Origin: Carpediemonas membranifera BICM
Lineage: Eukaryota > Protista > Fornicata
Reading direction: 5' to 3'
Length of the DNA: 64,000 nucleotides
Assembly: GCA_019828565.1 (NCBI GenBank)
Contig: JAHDYR010000024.1
Location: forward strand, 194,534-258,533
The position numbers and the translations under genes are program-made. Below are positions 56,328-64,000 of this stretch, one piece after another. How positions within the stretch are numbered: position 1 is the first letter of the stretch; each line of letters starts with the position of its first letter. Under the pieces are notes generated by a model that saw only the letters and a program-made list of their open reading frames with translations, was not told the origin of the DNA and ran no database searches.

Positions 56328-58504
56328 ATGGTTAACGAAGACATCATCTCTCTCGGCAAACTGAAGGAGACAATGCTTGCTCCTGACGATTCTGGTATGT
56401 CACTTTCATTTTCACGGTCCTATTTACACAGATGATTCATTCCGTGCATACGACGCCCTTTCGTCCACAAAGAGCCGTATAACCTGGCTGCAAGATCACG
56501 GCATCGTCTCTGATGACCCTCTGTTCTTCGTTTGCGTCCGTCTGATCAGCATTCGTACGATCAACGTTGTTTTCGGGTTCCCGTTGAAGCGCACTTTAAG
56601 CCAGCACGTTCACGACTATGGAGTTGCCAAACTACGCGCGATATGTGACGCAACTAACCGCAACTACCTCTGCGAGGTCGACTTTGACTCTCCCGACACA
56701 ATTGAGGCATTCCGACGGAAGTTTTGTGACCACTTCACCGCCAAATCTGTTCATAAGGCTCTAGTCGGCGTCGACTCGCTCCCCTGTTGAGAAGCAGGTT
56801 GAGATTTACCGCGCATTCCACCTTGTGTTGCGCCACAAGGACTCGAAGAAACTCGATTCTCGTGTTCCGGCAGGCCAATTTGGCCAGTTTATCGCCCACG
56901 CCCAGCTCAGCAAGAAGCTGTCCTTCGCTGGCTCAGAGAAGCTGGCCGAGGAGTTGGCTAAGATCGGTTCGCTCGATCCGTCAGCTCCTCTGAAGAGGAA
57001 GATCGCTCGTCTTGAGAAGGAGCTCGCCTCATCGACTGCTGCTCTGATGAAGGTCCAAGAGGAGTTAGTCCGGGCCCAGGACCACTCAGCAGCAGCCACC
57101 AAGCCTTCTGCCGTCGTTGCTGCCCCTCAGCCACTTCCGGTTGTCGACGCAGAGTCCACGACACACGATGAATTTTCCGACACTGACGAGTCCGAGTCTG
57201 ATGACCACTCTGAACCGGCCGCCATGCAGGGTGACGGCGTTCCTTTGCCCCAGACTGATCAAGACATCGACGTAGAGTCTGATGTGGACGACACAGACAC
57301 CGTTGGTTCTCTCCTTCAGCAGCTAGACGACACCATTGCAGGCCTTGATGATGTCCCTGAGTCTGTGCGCTTGTTGGAGCAGTACGAGCCCTTGATAAAA
57401 CGGCTTGCTGAGGAGAGGGAGGCGAGGGAGGCGCTTGAACAGGCTAACAGAGAGTCTGAGGAGTCCCAGAAGAGACTTGAAGCTGAGTTAGGTCAGCAGA
57501 AGGCCGAGGATCAGGCGATCCATCAGTTTACTCAAGCAGAGTTGGCACGGGCGAGTGAGGCTGGGCTTGAAGCGCTCGCCGATGAACTCGAGGACAACTG
57601 GGCTGAGCTTGTCAGGCGCGCCGAGGAGGCAACAGTGGAGCTTGACCGCTACGTTCCTCTCGCTGCCTTGATGGTACTGTTCCAGAGGAACAATGTGACT
57701 GGAGCCTTATGGACTCGGATCAATAGCACCATGATGAGGTACGGGGGCCAGAAGTTCATAACGGTCCCACCTCTCGACCTCGGTCTGTCGCCAGAGATGA
57801 AGGCTATCATCAAACAGCACTCTCCGACGCCTGCCAATGTTCCCCCTATGCAGATATACTTACGGAGCGACGTTGATAGGCAGAAGTACATCGACGTGGA
57901 GTACGACAAGGTAGGCGAGCGAGTTCTCAAAGATCGTAAGAGTTGGCGGAAGATTGCAGTCAACCCGGATGGATTGTGCATCGGCTACTGCCTGCAGAAG
58001 GTTGAGAATGGCGAGTTCGACAAGAAGTTTGCGGCAGAGGAAGTGGCAGCAGTGAGGGAGGAGGTGCGCGCCTGGGGATTCTCCGATGCTGGCGAGAGGC
58101 TGAGGCTTGAGACGTCTAACGTGTTCGTGCCCACCCTGATGTTCGACGATGCCACTGATTGGTACAGCAACTTTGGTGTCATGGCCTGGTCAGCTCTGAA
58201 GAGCAAGACTGTAGTCGTTATCTGGGTCAAGATGTTGACGTACCATGACAAGTATATTGTGCGGATGCATTTGACGGAAGTTTATGAGTCCGGCATGGTC
58301 CGGCGTGGATCTGATGAAGATGTGGCTGCGGCGCAAGCTATTGTGGTCGTCAAGGATGAGCATGCGACGCTATTTGTCCGCAAACGTTCAAAGGGTGGTA
58401 AGAGAAAGGCTCATACGACTTATATCAAGCGCAAGGCAGTCGATAAGGATCGCGAAAAGAGAGTTGTTGATGCCGAGGACGTTAAGCGTGGAGTTCCCGA
58501 GTAA
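56328..58504 (+). CDS. Acidic/coiled-coil protein with a C-terminal OTU-like cysteine protease; 37-nt intron at 56395..56431 and a frameshift near 56783
   Basis: VNPDGLCIG (D-G-x-C), VREEV, DWYS..VMAWSAL...VVVI and VKDEHATL (His) follow the OTU pattern. Confidence 0.7.
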
Positions 58505-58530
58505 AAAAAGAGATGTTTTGACATTTTAAT

Positions 58531-59341
58531 TCATTTCTTCCGCTTCTTGAGTGCCGGATACTGCTCCAGGAACCTTGTGAGATAGTTTGGATGAGAAATG
58601 GGCAGACTCGGGAACCTAGCAATGGTTAAGACCTCACCCGCATCAAAGAAGATCTCGCCGTAACTGATACGAAGAAACTCTTCGGCCTGAATGACGTTCG
58701 TCGACTCAACCGCAAGGACTGGAAGGTCCTTGAGCAAACGGTTGGTGAACTGGCAGTTGGTGTCACTCTCACTGTGGTTGATGAGGTGTACACCAATGCC
58801 TTCACCTTCGCCGGCGTCGACGTGAATGTTGCTAGCGTCGAATGAAATGCTGTGTAAAGGCATAATGAACAATGAACAAACACCATGTTGCTGTTATTCG
58901 CGTGGTAGTCCTCGTCGGACACAATCCTACCGGCGTAAATGCCGAGGAGCTTTCCGGGCTCAATTGCGGCAGTTGCAATGAGGCCTCTACCCACGTCCGT
59001 GTGGTCGGGAGCCAGACAAGGCTGCACCTCAACGGCAATGGAGGGGTGGGTCAGCCGGGTGGATAACCAACTCGGGGGGTTCGAGGGGAGGAAGGTCCTT
59101 CTCGGCCTCTTTAAGCTCCCCTGATCGACTCCTCGGGAGTGTTTGGGTAGATCGCGGCGACCAGATCCGGATGCAGTGCCTGAGTATGCACAACGGATTC
59201 AATGATGGAATCTTCGCTTGAGGAATCCTCCTGAGAATCATTTGAAGGCGCAGACGGCGGCGTCTTGCCCGCAGTGGACGTAATGGGTATTCTGATACCC
59301 CCAGGCTGCGGCTTTGGTGGGAGCGCCTTTCTTCTCGCCAT
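58531..59341 (-). CDS. SET-domain lysine methyltransferase; 32-nt intron at 58850..58881 and frameshifts in the N-terminal part
   Basis: SET motifs GRGLIATAAIEPG, YAGRIV, VDA, HLINHS and EEFLRISYG. Removing the intron (GTTTGT...CACAG) restores the frame. Confidence 0.88.
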
Positions 59342-59527
59342 CTGATTTTTTTTTGCAAACGGACACGCGGTATTTCTCGGGATTGATGGGGCCGTCTCAC
59401 ACCGTAAAGGACACACATACAATATCTTATCTGTAACACCAGAATGCTTGCTTATTGTGGTCCATATCCTTCCCTATAGCTGGTTCGGCCAACTACCAGT
59501 GTTGGAAAAAAAAGTGGTAGTTGCCAA

Positions 59528-60553
59528 ATGGAGAGGAAATTTGGCAAATTCGGTACCAGACGCATCAGCGACCATCCTCTCACGTATGAATGCGTCTGTG
59601 GAATCACTAGGCCGCGTTCTGACCTTCGCAACCAGGGCCTGAAGGAATATGACGGAATCAGGTACACGCATGACTGCCCCTTCACCCTGAGCAAGCTTGT
59701 GAACCGCCGCATCGTTATCCTGCTCGAGCCAGTCCATGGCTTCGAAGCACCTACTTGTGCGAACCCGGTCTTCACTGTCACCGGGCTTGCTGGCTCCGAG
59801 GGGTACCACAAGCGCATGAAGGCCATCCTCGATCTCGTCAGCGACGAATGGCTCACCACGGTTGCCGTCAGTTTCGTCTCGACGACCCACCTCGGCTCCA
59901 TACTGCAACAGTTGGCTGCAGAATTCGCCAATTTCGAGACATTCTGGGTTGTTTCTGGCCACAGCGAGACCACAACGTCGAGAATGATCGTTAATGCGAG
60001 CGCTAACGAGTTCCTGTACCTTCACGATATCGTACAGATGATCCTCTTCGCTTTCCGTGAGCCATCCCTCGTCACCACCAGCCGGGTTCGGCTCATCTAC
60101 TTCGCCACCTGTACCGGAGCGGACAATAGCGAGTTCTCTCTGCTTAAGCAGTCCATTTCGACCCAGGCATACGAGCATACGTGCATCATTCTCACTCCGG
60201 AGAAAATGCTTGCCAAAGAACTCGTCCTGCAGGACTGCTTTTGGCTCTACCGCACTACATGCATGGACAACCCGCTCCACTTCGTCTCGCGTTACTTCTC
60301 CGGCTATGGGCTCGCACCTGGCACAGCAGGGAGACGGGTTATCGCGAATGGATCAATGTCCATAACCCCGGGCGCGATTGAGATCCTCACAGCCACTCAG
60401 TTCCGCACGCCAATCCCTCTTCCCGAGATGGTCGACCTTGTTTCTGAGGTACTTGCATATAGACCACTGCAGAGATCTCCGGCGGATGTTATGGCCTCGC
60501 GCTACATTACTGAGATGACAGTTGCGCACAGAGCGGCACTGGAAGACACTTAA
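59528..60553 (+). CDS. Caspase/CHAT-fold-like putative peptidase
   Basis: WVVSGHS ... RLIYFATC matches the strand-GH / strand-xAC dyad pattern of clan CD peptidases and is conserved in the paralogue at 30900..31916. Confidence 0.65.
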   Translation: MERKFGKFGTRRISDHPLTYECVCGITRPRSDLRNQGLKEYDGIRYTHDCPFTLSKLVNRRIVILLEPVHGFEAPTCANPVFTVTGLAGSEGYHKRMKAILDLVSDEWLTTVAVSFVSTTHLGSILQQLAAEFANFETFWVVSGHSETTTSRMIVNASANEFLYLHDIVQMILFAFREPSLVTTSRVRLIYFATCTGADNSEFSLLKQSISTQAYEHTCIILTPEKMLAKELVLQDCFWLYRTTCMDNPLHFVSRYFSGYGLAPGTAGRRVIANGSMSITPGAIEILTATQFRTPIPLPEMVDLVSEVLAYRPLQRSPADVMASRYITEMTVAHRAALEDT

Positions 60554-60576
60554 AGTTCAAAATCTCCCTATTTAAC

Positions 60577-61786
60577 TTACTCAATTGGCTTCATATCCGC
60601 CACCTTCTGGTAGACAGTCATACACTGGTCGCAGAACCTGACACGATAGTCCTGGCCGTCGAGATGGAACTCAGCATAGCTGAAGTGTTTCTCTTCGCAG
60701 AACCAGTTTAGGCACGCCCGGCAGACGCCAGTGTCCTTTGTCGACTTGTCTCCGTCCTTGATACACGCGTGACATCTGTTAGACCTTCCTGCCAGACTGC
60801 AAGCTGCGCAAACCTTTCTGTTCTTACCATCAATCCTCTTCTCTCTGACACACTGAAGATGCATGAACTGATGGCAGAGATAGCACGTTTCATACTCGTT
60901 TCTTTTCATGTTTGGGTTGAAGTACCATTCAGGTGAGGGCACAAACAGCGCATGCGAACAGTAACTTACGCTGATATAGCTTCAGAAACGTCGCTTGCTT
61001 GAGGGCGGGGACCTTATCGTTCATTTCAACGGCCTTGGGTGACTGCTTGAGGAGATCAGTGACAGTTGTGGAGAGTGAAGCCGTCACCATCGCGGCAACC
61101 TCCTTCAAGTCAGCCTCTTCGAGCCTCGATCGCTTCTGAGCAGGCTCATGCATCTGCGCATCAAAATTAAGCTTCTTGACGGGGGAATCAGGCTTGATGG
61201 TAGCCAAGTCAGCTCTTTTTCTGAGCTTTGGTACCAATGTTGTCACTGGAGTCTTTGTGGGTGTCTCTGCGGGTGTTTCTGCTGGGGTACGTGGCTCAGG
61301 CTGGAGCTTGCGATGCTTGATCCTGATTACAACGGCTGGAGGCCATTGAATGCCGGTGCAAGTGATCAGACTGGAGACATCGTGGAGTCCAAGTCCCCGA
61401 AACAGCACAGACATCCTGTTTCTAAACTCCTGCAAGTGTTCAGCTGCATTTGCTCTGTCTCTGACAACCAGGTAGGGTATCTTTGTGCCAATGAGCTCTG
61501 TGCCACCCTTTCTACTTGCCACAAATGCCTGAATGGGCTCAGTAGTCGTGCGCCTGACGGAGTTTGCAATAGCAATCTTGCGAAAGCCGTTGCAGAGGCC
61601 CGATATCACATCCTGCATGCCAAGGAGAGCGCGATGAACGTCAGAGGTCGTCAGACCGATAGTTGGGATGTCCGCGACGTCGAAAAAGCATTCCAGGAAG
61701 CTAGTCACGAACAGCCGGCGGTACTCTGTTATGATCTTGTTATTATCACTTTGAATAAGCAATGAATGGTTATGCAACATCAGCAC
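60577..61786 (-). CDS. PHD/zinc-finger protein (frameshift near 60938; start uncertain)
   Basis: CAVC...CYLC...HLQC...CAAC (C4HC3), then CHAC...CRAC...C...CDQC; paralogue of 31954..37604. Confidence 0.82.
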
Positions 61787-63971
61787 CTACCTACGAATCA
61801 CAAGAATGCCCCTAGCACGTCGTATGCAAGCAAAAATGAGACTTACCCGTACCTTCCGCACGTTTCTCTACGTTTCACAAACGTTGGTGAAACGTGTGAA
61901 ATAGTGAAAAAGATACGGGTGAATCTCATTTTTTCTTGCAGTTTCTTGTGCAAAAGGGTGTTTATCCTCCGTATATCCCCGGATTAACTGGCCATTCTAA
62001 CAGTATGCGAAGACCTGATGCAGAAGGGAGTTGTGGCCCTCGATCGTAGACGCGTGTACGATGACATCATCAAGGTAGCACTCGACCCCGCGGCCCAAGA
62101 GTGGAGCTAAGATCCGCATCATGCCTCGCTGGAAGTAGGAAGGCGCGTTCTTGAGACCGAAGGGGACTCTAACGAACTCGTACAGGCCGTTGTGCGTGGC
62201 AAATGCAGTCCGAGGAACAGCTGTTGCGTCGAGGGGGAACTGGTGGTAGCCACTGCGCAGGTCAAGCGTGGTGAAGTACTTGCTGCCATTCAGGCGAGAC
62301 AAGATGGACTTAATGTTCTGCAGGGGGAATCGGAAGTCGCGGCTGACTGAGTTGAGGAGGCGGTAGTCTACGACCATCCTATGTTCACCGTTCGTCTTTG
62401 GCACGACGAAGCAAGGGGCGGAGTAAGCCGACTCCGATAGGCGGATGATGCCAGCCTCAAGGAGGGCCTCGACCTCTCGATCGATGACCTCAGTCATGGC
62501 CGGGGAGAGCCGGCGAGGGGGAACGTGGGTCGGAGTTTCGTCTGTGACGGCGATCTCCATAGGCTGAACCTTGGCAGGCTCACGAGGGATGGGACCGAAG
62601 ATGTCTTCGAACTCGCGAGCGAGGGCTGCGACGTTTTCATCGAGCTCGATCTGGCCATCTTCGTCAAGGGGTGTAACCTCGCCGAGGTCCTGAGGCTCAG
62701 TCGCGGGAGGAGCCAGTAGGTTGAACGTTTGGATCACGTCGAACCCAAGGATGAGGGGCTCACCGGTGTTGAGGACGTGGGCGCTGATAGTACCTCCGAC
62801 TGAGTGGGGAGACCTGTTGACCTTGATGTCAAGGAGCGTGCGATGGGCAGACGTGGCGATGCCATTGGCCGTGCTTATCTTGAGCTCATCAGGGATCATG
62901 ACCAGGCCCAGAGACTTGGCCAGCACTGGGCTGATGAAGGATGAGGAGGCGCCTGTGTCGACCAGGGCGTCGACGCGGTCGGTGCTCTGGGGAGCAGGGG
63001 AGCCGACGGGCGCGAAGGCTCGTACGTTGGTGCTGAGGCGCATGACTGGTCCGCTTGTTGCCATCTTCAGAGAGATGGGCGTCGTCCGGCGGCCCGTAGC
63101 GAAGAAGCCGGGCTTGGACTTGTTGGGGCAGTCAGGCCTAAGGTGGCCGGAGAGGCCGCATCCATGGCAGACAGGCTGCGGCTTGGCAGGGGTACCGGCA
63201 GGCTTATGGTTGTCTGGTTTGTTGGATGGGAAGTGGGGAGCAGGCGCTGCGGTAGCGTGAGGACGAGTGGGGTGGAAGCTCGGAGGCGGACGTGTGGCCT
63301 GAGGGCGCGGGACCTCGGGCTGACCGAACTCGGCGATGGTGCGCTTGGCCTCAGCCAAGGTCTCGACCTCTTGGAAGGCGGCACGCTTGGCGTCGGCGAG
63401 CGTCTCAGGTTCGGAGGCCTTGACCCGGCGGCGCAGTGAATCTGGGGACAGTCCGCGGATGAAAGTGCGGCGTAGTGTCTTCTCATCGGGGAGGTAAGTG
63501 GAACAGAGGTCCTCGACGCGGTCGAACCTGTCGAGGTAGGCGAGCAGAGCGCTGTTGCTGGCCGTCGTGGAGGACATGGCGGTTGCTTCCAGCTTAGACA
63601 GAACGGCCTGAGTGCTCTTGGGAGCGAATAAAGCGGAGTAGATCGCCGACAGGACGTTTTCATCTGGAAGGTCGTCAAAGTTGTCAATGCGAAGGCGGAT
63701 CAGGCGTAAAACACGGCTGGAAATGAGCATACGGACAGATAGTGCTCTGTCGTCGGGAACTTGGGCGGAATAGGCCTCGAACTTGTCGTTGAAGCTGCAG
63801 AAGGCCGTTTCGGAACGAATGTCGTTGAGAAAAGGGGCTGAAATCGTTTGATAGTCCATGGCGGTGAGTAAGTAAGCTTACTGTGGCCAAATAAAGAGAA
63901 CTAATGACGAAGTGAGGTTTATTCGAAACCCGATCAAGGGCAAAAATGGTTATAACTAAAATTGCCCAACA

Positions 63972-64000
63972 CATCGGACCTCTTCCGAAGGACGACGGCT
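63972..64000 (+). mobile_element. Host element G0, fragment 3 (integrase, runs off the window)
   Basis: IGPLPKDDG continues DT(I) from 48097. Confidence 0.85.

Larger units (their letters stand above)
50187..62007. mobile_element. 11.8-kb DNA transposon with perfect 48-bp TIRs (CATACTG...CAGTATG) and a 2-bp CG duplication
   Basis: TIR 50187..50234 is the exact reverse complement of 61960..62007. Excising the element plus one CG restores the element D RT frame (HQVF-ELVRAHNL). Confidence 0.95.
48098..63971 (-). mobile_element. Ty3/gypsy chromovirus D, 90-bp identical LTRs, CATC target duplication, interrupted by the 11.8-kb DNA transposon
   Basis: LTRs at 48098..48187 and 63882..63971; gag-PR-RT 61997..63859 (CHGC..H..C, DTGA, YLDD); RH-IN 48866..50047; chromodomain 48198..48869. 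Confidence 0.95.

Noticed and set aside
33243-62007. Calling the frameshifted ORFs pseudogenes or programmed frameshifts
   Set aside because: Most breaks are single-base indels in homopolymers inside elements with identical LTRs or TIRs. Consensus error is at least as likely, and raw reads are needed to decide.
50187-62007. Polinton, virophage or endogenous virus interpretation
   Set aside because: No recognisable protein-primed polymerase, capsid, packaging ATPase or retroviral-type integrase. The short TIRs and 2-bp duplication fit a cut-and-paste transposon better.
1-64000. Naming the host species
   Set aside because: Intron size and composition suggest a protist, but nothing in the window identifies the taxon.

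Overview
This is a eukaryotic transposon cluster, probably from a protist: GC-rich, with 29-37 nt GT-AG introns and no evident housekeeping protein gene. It has four components. (1) Tyrosine-recombinase (DIRS/PAT-type) retrotransposons from four diverged families, one complete with split direct repeats (9063-13040). (2) A head-to-tail array of CRE-like restriction-like-endonuclease non-LTR retrotransposons, each delimited by the same 12-mer, which is the 3' end of an intact tRNA-Thr(AGT) gene at 26338-26410. (3) Five nested Ty3/gypsy elements. Four are full-length chromoviruses with very short LTRs (53-103 bp), and each has a different perfect 12-14 bp palindrome where the tRNA primer-binding site should be. 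(4) A family of large DNA transposons with CATACTG...CAGTATG termini. The complete copy (50187-62007, 11.8 kb, perfect 48-bp TIRs, CG duplication) encodes a divergent RAG1/Transib/CMC-like DDE transposase plus SET, PHD, OTU-like and caspase/CHAT-like cargo genes. Three more ends or partial relatives terminate at 8763, 20341 and 38067. The strongest novelty candidates are the cargo-carrying transposon family, the palindromic tRNA-independent priming site, and the tRNA-3'-end-targeting CRE-like element. Domain calls come from motifs read by eye, not from searches. Many single-base frameshifts lie in homopolymers and may be sequencing or consensus errors.
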